Below, piece by piece: positions 26,301 to 36,501 of a DNA stretch of 64,000 bases. The notes under the pieces were generated by a model. The model was given only the letters and a program-made list of their open reading frames with translations. It did not search any database and was not told the origin of the DNA. Source of the stretch: a virus. Its lineage: Duplodnaviria > Caudoviricetes. How positions within the stretch are numbered: position 1 is the stretch's first letter; every line of letters starts with the position of its first letter. The position numbers and the translations under genes were made by a program. Where the stretch lies: IMG/VR virus record IMGVR_UViG_3300028914_000059, positions 116,071 through 180,070 of that record. One strand, written 5' to 3'.

Positions 26301-29249
26301 ATGAACGATAATTACTTAAAAGAACTGGGTGACCAGATTGCGATTGCCCACTGGGGCCAAACTGGTGAAAATACATATGAAGAGATATGCGACCGGGTTG
26401 TTAATTATTTATGTGATGATCCTTCTGATGAAGGTAGACGATATAATCACAGAATGAAAGAACTTCTGAAGAATAAGAAGTTCATCCCTAATTCTCCCTG
26501 CTGGATCAACGCAGGAACAGACATGAAAAATCTGTTCGCCTGTTACGTCATAGACCTGCAGGATAATATGAGTAGTATCATGGACACAGCCAAACGAATG
26601 GCCATGATAATGAAAGAGGGTGGTGGAGTTGGAGTATCTCTAGCCCCGATCAGGGCAGAAGGTTCCAGAGTCGGACCGGAAGGAAGCAAAAGAACCGCCA
26701 GTGGTCCTGTGAGCTTCCTCAAAGTATTTGACGCTGTTACTGGTGCTGTTAAGGCAGCAGGTGTCCGCAGAGGTGCTGCGCTTGCCAATCTGAAGACCGG
26801 CCATCCCGATATCATTAAGTTTATAAGATGTAAGGAAGATCAGAATCAGATAAATAACTTCAATCTTTCTGTGGCCGTTACCGATGAGTTTATGGATGAT
26901 GTCATAAATGGCTCTGACAAGGTCTGGGCTGAGGAAGAGGGCGTAAAATACGCTGCTTCCGATATCTATGACATGATTGTTGAACATATGTGGAGAAACG
27001 GGGAACCTGGTGTCCAGTTTATAGATACTGTCAATAATGTTGATGGTAAATATACAGGCAGGCCGGAGTTCCGGGAATTTAACACTGGTATAGAAGTATC
27101 TAATCCTTGTGTTACTGGTGATACTCTGGTTCAGACTCCGGATGGTCTGTTTCCCATAAAGGGGTTGGTAGGCAGGGAAATAGAAGTGTGGAATGGTAAC
27201 AAGTGGAGTAGAGTTACGCCTTTTTCTACAGGTAAAAATAAAATAATGGAAGTAGAGGTATCTGCAGAAGTTATTTCTAGAGCGCCTGGTTTTCCTTTTG
27301 AAAATAATAGGATTGAAAAAGGCAAAATAAGATGCACACTCTATCATAAATTCATTATGGAAAACGGACAGAGGGCTGAAGCCAGACTTTTGCGATTAGG
27401 AGATAAATTAATGTCTCCAAATATGGAACGCTGTGCAAACATGGATGATTGCGGTCCTTGTGAAAACTATACCATAACCGGACTGAGACTGTTGGATTCG
27501 GAAGAAGAAACTTTCTGCCTCAATGAGCCGGAAAATCATGCGTTCACTATAAGTACCAAGGACAGATATACCTTTGGAATACCTGTATTGATCGGAAATT
27601 GTGGAGAAAGCTTCTTAAAACCTAACGAAGCATGTAATCTAGGCTCTATCAACCTCTATCACTTTGTTCACCCTTTCTGGAAAGGCGAGGATAAGAAGGC
27701 TGATATGGCTCTTCGTCAGGAACTGAAACAGACAGTCGAAGATGCTGTAGACTTCCTGAATTTGATGATAGATAAGTCAGAAACCCCGTTCGACGAAGTC
27801 AATGCTGCTGTAAGAGCCTCCAGGAAGACTGGCCTGGGTGTTATGGGCCTGGCTGATTATCTGTCTGCTAAAGGTTTGACCTACGGAAGCCCTGAAGCCA
27901 TTCATGAAGCTGCAGATGTATTTGCATTCATAACCAAAACTGCTGAAGAATATTCTTTGCGTAAAGGTTACAAGAACGCCTGTCTGACCATCCAGGCTCC
28001 TACTGGAACTACTGGTCTGGTTGGTGAAGTCAGCACCGGTATTGAACCTCATTTCCTCAGATGCTGGAACAGACATTCTCTTAAGATGGGTGATCTGCTT
28101 ATGTATCCGAAGTCTTTGAGGGACTATATCAATGCCAGATACGACAGCACCAAGACCGATTCTCCGGAAATGCTTGTATGGATATCACTTAGTCAGGCTA
28201 TGGAAAATAACGACCTGGAAAGATTCTCTGATATAATAGAATGTAAACAAACCACTGTTACAGAAGCCGCAAAAATTATATCAGATGAAATAAAAAGGTA
28301 CTGGCCTACTGCTCATGAAGTGACTCCGAAGCAGCATCTGGCTATGCTGGCAGCTATTCAGAGACATGTTCATAATTCAGTATCTAAAACCATCAACCTT
28401 TCTCATGACGCTACCGTTGATGATGTAAGAGAGCTTATCACTACTGCATGGCGCTCCGGCTGTAAAGGATTTACATGTTATAGAGATGGAAGCAGAGATA
28501 GTCAACCTCTTAAAGCTGTAGACAGCAAGGAAGAAGATATTGAAGAAATAGCTGATTCAGACAGAGAAATTCTTGCAAAAGTTCATAGCAATGAGTGGAT
28601 GGTGATTAAGCATGAGAGATTTGAGAAGCTGGTAGAAAAGATGAAATCCTTTGAAAGGATATTAGATGAGGCAGCTCTTGCTAAGGACATTAATGTCCCT
28701 TGCAAACGACCAAGACCTAATGTTACTTTCGGGGAAACTGTTAAAACCAAGATAGGTTGTGGAGCCATGTATATTACTGTTAACTCAGACGAGCACGGTA
28801 TATGTGAAGTCTTTACCAGTCTTGGAAGAAACGGTGGCTGTCCATCTCAGTCAGAAGCAACTAGCAGGCTTATCTCTCTTGCCCTCAGATCAGGTGTAAG
28901 TGTTGAAGATGTCATTGACCAGCTCAAAGGTATTAGATGTATGAATACTATGAGACAGGGGGGTATTAAGCAGGCTGATGGTTCCGTAGTTCTAAGCTGC
29001 CCGGATGCCATAGGTAAGACTATGGAAAGGGTGTATAAGGACAAGAGCGGGGAAGGACTCTTCATCTCCAAGATGAGGGATGCTACACCAGAGGAAAACG
29101 CATCAATGGATAAATTCATTGAGAGCATATCAGTACCTACTGCTGTGAACATCTTTGATGCGCTGGAGTGTCCTGAATGTGGTGAAAAGTTAACTCGTGA
29201 TGGTGGGTGCATAATCTGTCGTCACTGCGGATATAGTAAGTGTGGGTGA
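26301..29249 (+). CDS. nrdJ: class II (B12-dependent) ribonucleotide reductase with intein, TSCPD domain and Zn ribbon
   Basis: PNSP..NAG, ACYV, GGGVG, RRGA, GEPG, NP[intein]CGE, CNLGS, APTGT, SKTIN, LSCPDA, CPECG..C..CG. Confidence 0.92.
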   Translation: MNDNYLKELGDQIAIAHWGQTGENTYEEICDRVVNYLCDDPSDEGRRYNHRMKELLKNKKFIPNSPCWINAGTDMKNLFACYVIDLQDNMSSIMDTAKRMAMIMKEGGGVGVSLAPIRAEGSRVGPEGSKRTASGPVSFLKVFDAVTGAVKAAGVRRGAALANLKTGHPDIIKFIRCKEDQNQINNFNLSVAVTDEFMDDVINGSDKVWAEEEGVKYAASDIYDMIVEHMWRNGEPGVQFIDTVNNVDGKYTGRPEFREFNTGIEVSNPCVTGDTLVQTPDGLFPIKGLVGREIEVWNGNKWSRVTPFSTGKNKIMEVEVSAEVISRAPGFPFENNRIEKGKIRCTLYHKFIMENGQRAEARLLRLGDKLMSPNMERCANMDDCGPCENYTITGLRLLDSEEETFCLNEPENHAFTISTKDRYTFGIPVLIGNCGESFLKPNEACNLGSINLYHFVHPFWKGEDKKADMALRQELKQTVEDAVDFLNLMIDKSETPFDEVNAAVRASRKTGLGVMGLADYLSAKGLTYGSPEAIHEAADVFAFITKTAEEYSLRKGYKNACLTIQAPTGTTGLVGEVSTGIEPHFLRCWNRHSLKMGDLLMYPKSLRDYINARYDSTKTDSPEMLVWISLSQAMENNDLERFSDIIECKQTTVTEAAKIISDEIKRYWPTAHEVTPKQHLAMLAAIQRHVHNSVSKTINLSHDATVDDVRELITTAWRSGCKGFTCYRDGSRDSQPLKAVDSKEEDIEEIADSDREILAKVHSNEWMVIKHERFEKLVEKMKSFERILDEAALAKDINVPCKRPRPNVTFGETVKTKIGCGAMYITVNSDEHGICEVFTSLGRNGGCPSQSEATSRLISLALRSGVSVEDVIDQLKGIRCMNTMRQGGIKQADGSVVLSCPDAIGKTMERVYKDKSGEGLFISKMRDATPEENASMDKFIESISVPTAVNIFDALECPECGEKLTRDGGCIICRHCGYSKCG
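27108..27599 (+). mobile_element. mini-intein (164 aa, no homing endonuclease)
   Basis: starts CVTGDT, block B TLYH, ends IGN followed by Cys+1; splits NPCGE. Confidence 0.9.
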
Positions 29250-29253
29250 TAAT

Positions 29254-29496
29254 ATGCAAGGATATGTCTATATAGATCATACTGGTGCGGATAAAGTATA
29301 TGGCTTTCATTTCACTAAGACTGAAATGAAAGAGCTATATGAAGAAGCTAAGAAGGTAGTAAAGGGTGAACCAGGCGGCCTGGAAAAACTCTTGGCTAAC
29401 TATCTTGTCTTCATGTTTGATTATGATTTTCATAAGGAGGAAAATAAGGATGTTAACAAATTATGTAGGGACATACACGATCAATATTATGAATGA
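29254..29496 (+). CDS. hypothetical protein
   Basis: GGTGA RBS. Confidence 0.7.
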   Translation: MQGYVYIDHTGADKVYGFHFTKTEMKELYEEAKKVVKGEPGGLEKLLANYLVFMFDYDFHKEENKDVNKLCRDIHDQYYE

Positions 29497-29653
29497 ATTG
29501 GCACAAACATACATGAGAAATAAACTCATCATAGATATGCAATCTAACTTTAACTGGACGGTATTCATACTAGTAATTGCCTTTGTGGTATATTGGTTTT
29601 TCAAGTCTTGTATAGAGGCTTCGAAAAATGACAATGACAAATACAGATATTAA
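29489..29653 (+). CDS. small membrane protein; start uncertain
   Basis: WTVFILVIAFVVYWFF helix. Confidence 0.6.
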   Translation: MNELAQTYMRNKLIIDMQSNFNWTVFILVIAFVVYWFFKSCIEASKNDNDKYRY

Positions 29654-29667
29654 AGGAGAAGTTCAAA

Positions 29668-29907
29668 ATGTTTATTACGGTAACTAGTTTTTATTCTGGC
29701 GAGTATGTAATTGTTAATTCGGATTATATAATAAGAGTTGATTCCGATATACTTGAGGATGGCGGCTCAAAAGTGAACGTCGGTAAAATACTTCTAGCAG
29801 ATCCAAGAAAAATGTTGCCTTCTAAAGATTTAGACCCAAATGTTATATATACGGTCGAACAGTTTTCAGAACTGGAAAGAGCACTGCGTTCTGTACCTGC
29901 TGCTTAA
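29668..29907 (+). CDS. hypothetical protein
   Basis: AAGGAG RBS. Confidence 0.75.
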   Translation: MFITVTSFYSGEYVIVNSDYIIRVDSDILEDGGSKVNVGKILLADPRKMLPSKDLDPNVIYTVEQFSELERALRSVPAA

Positions 29908-29998
29908 TAAGTGGAATACAGGTATAAGTTAAAGTGTTAACTCGGGCCGGGACTTATTGTTCCCGGCCTTATTTTTTATCAAATTAAGGAGATAATAT

Positions 29999-32206
29999 AT
30001 GTTGAAGTCATTATTGACAGAATCTGTACCTATGGGACAGGAGTGGAATGACTTTTTTAAGCGTTCCATAAATCAGGATTGTAGTGATGATATAGAAAAC
30101 GAAACAACAGCGGATGTTCTGGAATGGGAAGACATGGTGAAATTACTCGGTAAGCATAAAGCTGTAAGTATTAATTCATTTGACAAGAGTAATTTTGGTA
30201 AAGACCTGGGAAATATAATAGAAGACACCCTGGACTCACTGAATGAATTTACTGATAGAAATGTTGAGAACATTTCAAAAGCTGGCCCAGAAGTTAAAAC
30301 TGCTGAATTCCTATTTGGTCCGGCATATAGTCAATTTATTCAAGGCAAGGCATCAGAGGGTTTTAAACTGCTTAGCTTATGCGACAACTGGGAAGATGCT
30401 CAGATTTGGATAAACAAGTTATCTGAAGCATTGAAACCAATTATACTGAACGCCCCGGATATAATGGCTAGATTAGTTTCTACTTTTGTCTCTACTAAAA
30501 TAGGTTTAGCAGAAGCACAGGCAATATTTATATATAGACAGCTTGTAATGCTGTTAACTTCAAATGATTTCTGGGATGCTATACTGCACAAAAATACTAC
30601 CGTAACAGTCGAGACTGCAGTTAAGCTTTTAACGGTATACTGCATGGATGCTACATTATGGATGAGCTCGCCGTTTGGCACTTCGCGTGAAAAGTGTGGT
30701 AAAATTGCTTCTATGCCGCAGGAAGGTCTAAGTAATCTTAGAGATGTGAGATTTGTGTTTGCTGGTCTTACTAAGTGCTGTAGTAACGTTGAACAGTTAC
30801 TAAGGGAAAAAAATGTAGTTATTCCGGATATAAATGATCTTAAATATGCCCCAAAAAACCAGGTGGCCAGAGCGGGTAAATATTTAGTAAAATTAGCTGG
30901 TGGAGAATATACAGGTAATTTAGCGGCATTGGACTCTGAAGACACGTTAGTAGATATTACGAAATTTGATTCTAGTACCACTGATCTGGCTGTTTTTGCC
31001 CTATCTGATGACTATTTAAAGCTGGAAGAATTAACAGATAAGATGATTCATGGTCGAGTGCCCCCTGCTACTATAGATCTGGGTTTACTGGCAACAGCTG
31101 CTGATGTATTTCTGGATGCGGGTAACGGTAAGGGTTTGGGAGCAGATATAATGCGTGAATTTATGCCCACCAGAACTGTGGTGACTATACTGGAATATAC
31201 AATGGTGTGGTTGGCACACGTAGTAAGATTTAATACTTTGTGGAAATCTTTCGGCTTTAGGATAGTTAAACAGTATCTTAAAGATAATGTTCCTGAGTTT
31301 GAACAGTATAGTAAAAATCCGGTAATGCTTCTAAAGAAAGCAGTAGGACAATGGCAGGTAGAAGAAAAACGACAGCAGGAAGAAAAAGAGCGTGAAATTG
31401 CTGAAAGAGCTGCTCGAATGAAAGAGGCTGCTGAAAAGCTGGAAAGAGAACGATTGGAGGCGATAGAAAAAATGGAATCAGAAAGAAAGGGCAAACTCAA
31501 GGCTGAGGGTTTTCAGCTGGCATCTGATTCAGGCAGATACGAGAAATGGTTTAAGGACAATACCTGCAGGATATTCTTCAAGACCACGTCCCCTGAAGAA
31601 AAGAAAAGTGTCCTGATTGGTCTGGAAGAACTCGGTATTTCTGCCAGCAAGGTCAGGAACATCAAGAACCCTGCGGGTATTATCCGAACCCTCACTATTG
31701 GAGAGGATGAAATATACTCTGATTCTCTTATAGAGAAGGCTTTGCATAAAGCTGCCCGTTTCAAGCCCGAGGGCCCCGTGTTCAACATCGAGGTAGTCAG
31801 CACTGCTTTTGATCTTGTCTTCGACAAGACATTCTTTGAGTTGGAATGGTTGGACAAAGCAATAGTACGTGCTATGGATGATAAGGTACCCATTCAGGAT
31901 GCCAGATACTGCACTAAGGTGATGCGTGACCGAGGTATCATAGGACAGATCAAGGGTAAGAAGAACGGACCCAAGATATTTGCTCTGACCCCGGAAGGTT
32001 ATTCATTATATCAGATTCAGAAGGATTACCCGAACCTGCCTATACTGGCTGTCCCATGGGAAAAATACATAGGGGAAGAAGTAGCAGAAAGGTTAGGAAC
32101 ACTTCCGTACTTTGATATAACTACTCGTCCTGTAAAGGACATTGACAAGATGATAGCAGGCAAGACTCCCAGATTTCTGGATAAGTACTATGTAACCGCT
32201 ATCTAA
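29999..32206 (+). CDS. large hypothetical protein with central coiled coil
   Basis: 735 aa, RBS, promoter motif at 29921. Confidence 0.85.
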   Translation: MLKSLLTESVPMGQEWNDFFKRSINQDCSDDIENETTADVLEWEDMVKLLGKHKAVSINSFDKSNFGKDLGNIIEDTLDSLNEFTDRNVENISKAGPEVKTAEFLFGPAYSQFIQGKASEGFKLLSLCDNWEDAQIWINKLSEALKPIILNAPDIMARLVSTFVSTKIGLAEAQAIFIYRQLVMLLTSNDFWDAILHKNTTVTVETAVKLLTVYCMDATLWMSSPFGTSREKCGKIASMPQEGLSNLRDVRFVFAGLTKCCSNVEQLLREKNVVIPDINDLKYAPKNQVARAGKYLVKLAGGEYTGNLAALDSEDTLVDITKFDSSTTDLAVFALSDDYLKLEELTDKMIHGRVPPATIDLGLLATAADVFLDAGNGKGLGADIMREFMPTRTVVTILEYTMVWLAHVVRFNTLWKSFGFRIVKQYLKDNVPEFEQYSKNPVMLLKKAVGQWQVEEKRQQEEKEREIAERAARMKEAAEKLERERLEAIEKMESERKGKLKAEGFQLASDSGRYEKWFKDNTCRIFFKTTSPEEKKSVLIGLEELGISASKVRNIKNPAGIIRTLTIGEDEIYSDSLIEKALHKAARFKPEGPVFNIEVVSTAFDLVFDKTFFELEWLDKAIVRAMDDKVPIQDARYCTKVMRDRGIIGQIKGKKNGPKIFALTPEGYSLYQIQKDYPNLPILAVPWEKYIGEEVAERLGTLPYFDITTRPVKDIDKMIAGKTPRFLDKYYVTAI

Positions 32207-32216
32207 GGAGGAAACT

Positions 32217-32663
32217 ATGCGACCAGTAGAGTATTTTTACGATAATAAAATAAGCTGCAAGACCTGTGGCTTATGTGTACCTAATAATGCCCCAGGCTAT
32301 AAAAGAGCCTGTGCTGCTCTGAAATATGCTCCGATTCCTGATACTGAAAAGATCAGACTAACCAGATGTCCCGCCCTGCTTGCACCAGACGCCACATACT
32401 ACTGTGACGACTGCGACGAAGACATCCTTATGGAACGGGAACTGGCTATGGAAAAGATATCAGAAGCTTTCAAGGAAGCTAATAAAGGTAACGACGGAAA
32501 GGACAAAGAGCATCCCATCATAACCAGAACAGAAATAGCTGAAAGACTGCATATTACTGTCCCGGAAATACCGCACCGCAAAGGTATGAGAGTATACTTG
32601 CACGGGCAGCGGGGCATAACACTATGCCCAGAATGCTATTTGAAGCGCTACGGTAAGAAGTAG
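32217..32663 (+). CDS. Cys-rich Zn-binding protein
   Basis: CKTCGLC, CDDC, CPEC. Confidence 0.8.
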   Translation: MRPVEYFYDNKISCKTCGLCVPNNAPGYKRACAALKYAPIPDTEKIRLTRCPALLAPDATYYCDDCDEDILMERELAMEKISEAFKEANKGNDGKDKEHPIITRTEIAERLHITVPEIPHRKGMRVYLHGQRGITLCPECYLKRYGKK

Positions 32664-32666
32664 GAC

Positions 32667-32704
32667 AAATAACCGGCTCCTGATGGGCCGGTTATTTTTT
32701 ACCT
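32667..32704. terminator. bidirectional terminator
   Basis: AAATAACCGGCTC/GGGCCGGTTATTT. Confidence 0.85.
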
Positions 32705-32705
32705 G

Positions 32706-32945
32706 TTAACTTATCCAGGCTGGGATTGTGTCGTTAATAGCTGCTACAGTCTTTGCTGTATTGAAGAGGAGTTGATTTCTCTTGGTAATAAGGCCTGCTA
32801 TTATATTTTCTACAGTAGTTATTTCAGCAGAAGTGGCTGTCATATTGCCGTGCCTGCTGGCTCTTTCTCTATACTGAGTATCCAGCGCTTTCTGCATTTC
32901 AGCTATAGCTCTGTCCAGAAGCATTATCTTTTCATATTCATTCAT
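32706..32945 (-). CDS. small helical protein
   Basis: AGGTGG RBS and TGGAAA-N17-TATAGT promoter. Confidence 0.7.
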   Translation of the reverse strand: MNEYEKIMLLDRAIAEMQKALDTQYRERASRHGNMTATSAEITTVENIIAGLITKRNQLLFNTAKTVAAINDTIPAWIS

Positions 32946-33127
32946 ATTATTTACCACCTTTTAAAACGAAGTATATCTTACTATAACATATTTTGGTCTC
33001 TTTTTCCAGTACTGGTGCCAGCTTCCGTCAGCTTGACTTTTAGGGCATTTTCTCTTATATGTATTATAGAGTGAAGATAATTTTAATAGAGTAAAACAAA
33101 TTCTCAAGAGTGAAGTGAGACATCCAT

Positions 33128-33583
33128 ATGATAGGACAGACTTACTATCCTCCTGCAGGTTATGTTCCTGTAGGATATCCTGCTGTACAGAATAATCCTC
33201 CACAGCCCCAGCAGGTTCAGGCCCCGCCTGTATCAGCTAAAACTATAACGGAATCTAATGTGATATGGGCTAAAGGAGAAGAGGGCGCCAAGGCTATAAA
33301 TGCCATCCCGTCTATCCCGGTTATTATTCTGGACAGCGAGACAGACGGTGTTATGTATATAAAGACATGTGACTCTGCATGGAAACCCAGTCTCCGCATT
33401 TTCGACTACAAGGAAAGACTGCCTAAAGCAGTGGTCTCTCCCAGTAATTCGGACTATGTTTCCAAGAAAGAGTTCGAAGCATTTAGAGATGAAGTGAAGA
33501 AGTATCTGGAGGAAAAGAAAAATGAATCAACTATTTCAACAACTGGCAGCACCGACATCCCCTATGGCATCAGGGAACGCTAA
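33128..33583 (+). CDS. five-gene module, gene 1
   Basis: Pro/Gln N-terminus; GEEGAKA...ILDSE..MYIK...LRIFDY. Confidence 0.8.
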   Translation: MIGQTYYPPAGYVPVGYPAVQNNPPQPQQVQAPPVSAKTITESNVIWAKGEEGAKAINAIPSIPVIILDSETDGVMYIKTCDSAWKPSLRIFDYKERLPKAVVSPSNSDYVSKKEFEAFRDEVKKYLEEKKNESTISTTGSTDIPYGIRER

Positions 33584-33758
33584 TGGTTTACCCCCAATGT
33601 TCGGAATGTTACAGAAGTTTATGGATTTTAAGAACAGTTTCAAGGGAAATGCAAAAGAACAGGTGCAGGAGCTGCTCAAATCGGGGAAGATGTCACAGGA
33701 ACAATTCCAACAGCTCAGCAAAATGGCTGAGGGATTCCAGGGAATGTTCAACAAGTAA
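33522..33758 (+). CDS. five-gene module, gene 2 (Met/Gln-rich)
   Basis: VQELLKSGKMSQEQFQQL. Confidence 0.8.
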   Translation: MNQLFQQLAAPTSPMASGNANGLPPMFGMLQKFMDFKNSFKGNAKEQVQELLKSGKMSQEQFQQLSKMAEGFQGMFNK

Positions 33759-33848
33759 TTCCAAGTAATATAGAAGTATAGCCACTTCAGGCGGGATATG
33801 CCCACCAGTGGTTTCCTATACTAATTTTATGAGTGAGAGGTAAAAATT

Positions 33849-34574
33849 ATGGCAGTAGTAAGTGATGGCACAACTACAATGATGGGCGGGAACGAATGGT
33901 TCTGGATCGTCGTTCTCTTCTTGTTCGGATTCGGCAACGGTGGATTCGGTGGCTGGGGCGGAAATAACGCTGCTAACCTGAATGGAATGTTAACACGAGC
34001 CGAAATGAGTGATGGTTTCAATACAAACCAGATACTTAACAATCAGAATGTAACTGAGCGAATGTTAGCAGACAATGCCTATAATATCAGAAATGATATA
34101 GGCAATCACTTTTCACAGTCTGAACAGAATGCAGCACTGCGTGCAGCATCTCAAGTTGATAGGCTTTACGGTTTATCCAGTAATATAGCTGAAGGTTTCG
34201 CAGGAACTAATGCTAATATATCCGCTGGATTTGCAGGTGTAAACGCTAGTATAGCAGCTAACAGAAACAATCTGGATCTTGCAGCCTGTGGTATCAACAG
34301 AAATATTGATGCTCTCCGCTATGAAACAGCTAAACAGACCTGTGATATAGTAAATGCTATCAAGGAAGATGGTGAAGCTACAAGAGCTATGTTCACAGCT
34401 AATACTATCCAGGATCTTAGAGATAAGCTTCAGGATACCCGCGCTGCTCTTAGCAACACTATCCAGACTCAGCAGATTCTTGGGCAGGTTCTCCCAACTC
34501 CTCGCCCAGCCTACAGTGTTATGAGTCCTTATCAGACTTATAATCCAACCGGCTGCGGATGCCCTAACGCATAA
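33849..34574 (+). CDS. five-gene module, gene 3 (TM segment, Gly tract, coiled coil, GCGC tail)
   Basis: WFWIVVLFLFGFGNGGFGGWGG...PTPRPAY...GCGC. Confidence 0.85.
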   Translation: MAVVSDGTTTMMGGNEWFWIVVLFLFGFGNGGFGGWGGNNAANLNGMLTRAEMSDGFNTNQILNNQNVTERMLADNAYNIRNDIGNHFSQSEQNAALRAASQVDRLYGLSSNIAEGFAGTNANISAGFAGVNASIAANRNNLDLAACGINRNIDALRYETAKQTCDIVNAIKEDGEATRAMFTANTIQDLRDKLQDTRAALSNTIQTQQILGQVLPTPRPAYSVMSPYQTYNPTGCGCPNA

Positions 34575-34618
34575 GGATAAGGGGCTGGGGAGCAATCTCC
34601 GGCCCCGGGAGGTCTACT

Positions 34619-35053
34619 ATGATTAAAGCTATTAATGTAGGTCAGCAGACATTGACTCCTGAGTCTCCGGTACTTTTCGGATCAAATGTCCTGCAATACT
34701 CTAATGATGTGGGTCATGCAGCTTCTTCAGGAGCTTTCTCCCTGAGACGCTGCGGACTTTACGATGTAAGTTTCAATGGAACAATTTCAAACCCAGGCGA
34801 AGCTGGTACTGCAGTAACTTTACAGCTCTCTCTGGAACTGGACGGGGAAAATATCCCAGGGAGTGAGGTTACTTTAGATGTTGATGACGTGAGTGAGCGT
34901 CCAGTTTCATTCTCTACTATAGTGAGAGCTTATCGGGACTGCAGTCCATGCTACTGGGCCGATAACGGACCTGTAGAACTGAGAGTGGTAAATTCCGGGA
35001 CAGCACCATTGACACTGTCCAACGCCACTATCTCTGTTGCCAGGAGGGTATGA
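34619..35053 (+). CDS. five-gene module, gene 4 (beta-sandwich, BclA-C/C1q-like)
   Basis: F.L...G.Y.V.F.G.I...L.LDG..IPG pattern. Confidence 0.65.
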   Translation: MIKAINVGQQTLTPESPVLFGSNVLQYSNDVGHAASSGAFSLRRCGLYDVSFNGTISNPGEAGTAVTLQLSLELDGENIPGSEVTLDVDDVSERPVSFSTIVRAYRDCSPCYWADNGPVELRVVNSGTAPLTLSNATISVARRV

Positions 35054-35054
35054 T

Positions 35055-35372
35055 ATGAACAGTGAACAATTAGAAAAACTGAAACATATGCGATGCAAAC
35101 TTATGGGTATGCTGTGTGATCTTGATGACACCCTTGAGGAAGAATCCAAGACCGGTAGCGTATCTATGGTTACAATAAAGGCTGTCAGTAAGATTCTTGC
35201 TTCTATACATTATATAGAAGAAATGCAGGAAATACATGACACACGTGAGGAAGATGCCGAAATAGCTGTAAGCGTGGCTGCTGTAAAGGCAGCCGGTATA
35301 GCTGATGTTGAAGCACCTATGGAAGACAAGAAGGACACATCTCACGTAAAGCGTATTGTTGTAAATAAGTAA
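35055..35372 (+). CDS. five-gene module, gene 5 (helical)
   Basis: GGAGGG RBS. Confidence 0.75.
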   Translation: MNSEQLEKLKHMRCKLMGMLCDLDDTLEEESKTGSVSMVTIKAVSKILASIHYIEEMQEIHDTREEDAEIAVSVAAVKAAGIADVEAPMEDKKDTSHVKRIVVNK

Positions 35373-35393
35373 CAAGTATTCGGTATAAGTTAT

Positions 35394-35490
35394 ATGTGCA
35401 GGAAAGATTAACCATCTTTTCTGCACATTCTGTTTTACTCTTTTAGGGAGAAAAGATTATGAATTTCTCATAAGCTTTCTCCCTTTTTTT
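35394..35490 (+). ncRNA. candidate small RNA
   Basis: promoter motif at 35382, two long hairpins, T-run, no ORF. Confidence 0.45.
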
Positions 35491-35632
35491 AACTTCGAAT
35501 TTTAAGATATTTTTTAGCTGGTAATGGTATAAGATTTGTATTATTATATAGCCTGGCCTCAGGATTTTCCGGACATTTAAGGAGGCTGTCCACACTAACC
35601 GGAGACCAGGTAATCCAACTAAGGAGATTATA

Positions 35633-35905
35633 ATGTTTGTGAAAACCGAGGAGCCACCAAAAAAGTGCTCCAGATGTGATAAGTATGAAGCATTGTTTCA
35701 CGATGATACATACTATGGATTCAAATGCAACTCCCTGACTTCAGGGCGTGGCACTTTAGACAAAAATCTTGGTAGATTGAAAGAATGCCCGATGATTGCC
35801 GGTAGGGCCTACAGCAAGGATGGCCCCAGACCTAAGAAGGAAGATTTGGAATGGCATAAGCTCAGACCTACCAGAAGTCCATACAAGCCGAGGAGGCCGA
35901 GATGA
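35633..35905 (+). CDS. small Cys-rich protein
   Basis: P..C..C...C...CP pattern shared with 36974-37249. Confidence 0.75.
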   Translation: MFVKTEEPPKKCSRCDKYEALFHDDTYYGFKCNSLTSGRGTLDKNLGRLKECPMIAGRAYSKDGPRPKKEDLEWHKLRPTRSPYKPRRPR

Positions 35906-36501
35906 AAAAGAAACTTGTTAAAATCTATGTAGTCATAGATGTGCAGAATGACTATATAGCTGAAAGCACAGCTGCGGAACATGCTTATAAATCTATATTG
36001 CGCAGGCTTAACAGAATTGAAGAAAAGCGAAAAGCTGATACCTATGTAGTGCTGGTTAATACTGCAGCTTTTCCGGAAGAGCCTGAAGACGAAGATGCAG
36101 AAGTTATAATGCCTAAGTGTGCATATGGCACAGAAGGCCAGGATATCCCGAAAGCCCTCGACAGAGTTATCAGGAACTTCAATTCCAATCAGAGGTTATT
36201 GAATATAATAACCAAGATGACTCATGGAAGTCCTATGGTAGCAGCCACAGTAAAGGATCTCTGCACTGACAAGGATGCTTCTGTGGAAATAGAACTCATG
36301 GGTCTGAACGCAGAGACTTCTCTGGTTGCCAATGCAATAATGTTAGGTGCAGCTTTCCCATGGGTGCCCATATACGTAGAAAATCACAGAATATGTGGCA
36401 AGGATCCGGAACATCTGGAAGCAGCAATTAAAGTTATGGAAAGCTGTGGTGTTCAGTGGCGTGATGAAGTGGAGAGTGAAGAATGTCCAAACGAGGAATA
36501 A
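35902..36501 (+). CDS. isochorismatase/nicotinamidase-fold protein with degenerate active site
   Basis: VIDVQNDY, C..GT.G, IELMG motifs. Confidence 0.75.
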   Translation: MKKKLVKIYVVIDVQNDYIAESTAAEHAYKSILRRLNRIEEKRKADTYVVLVNTAAFPEEPEDEDAEVIMPKCAYGTEGQDIPKALDRVIRNFNSNQRLLNIITKMTHGSPMVAATVKDLCTDKDASVEIELMGLNAETSLVANAIMLGAAFPWVPIYVENHRICGKDPEHLEAAIKVMESCGVQWRDEVESEECPNEE

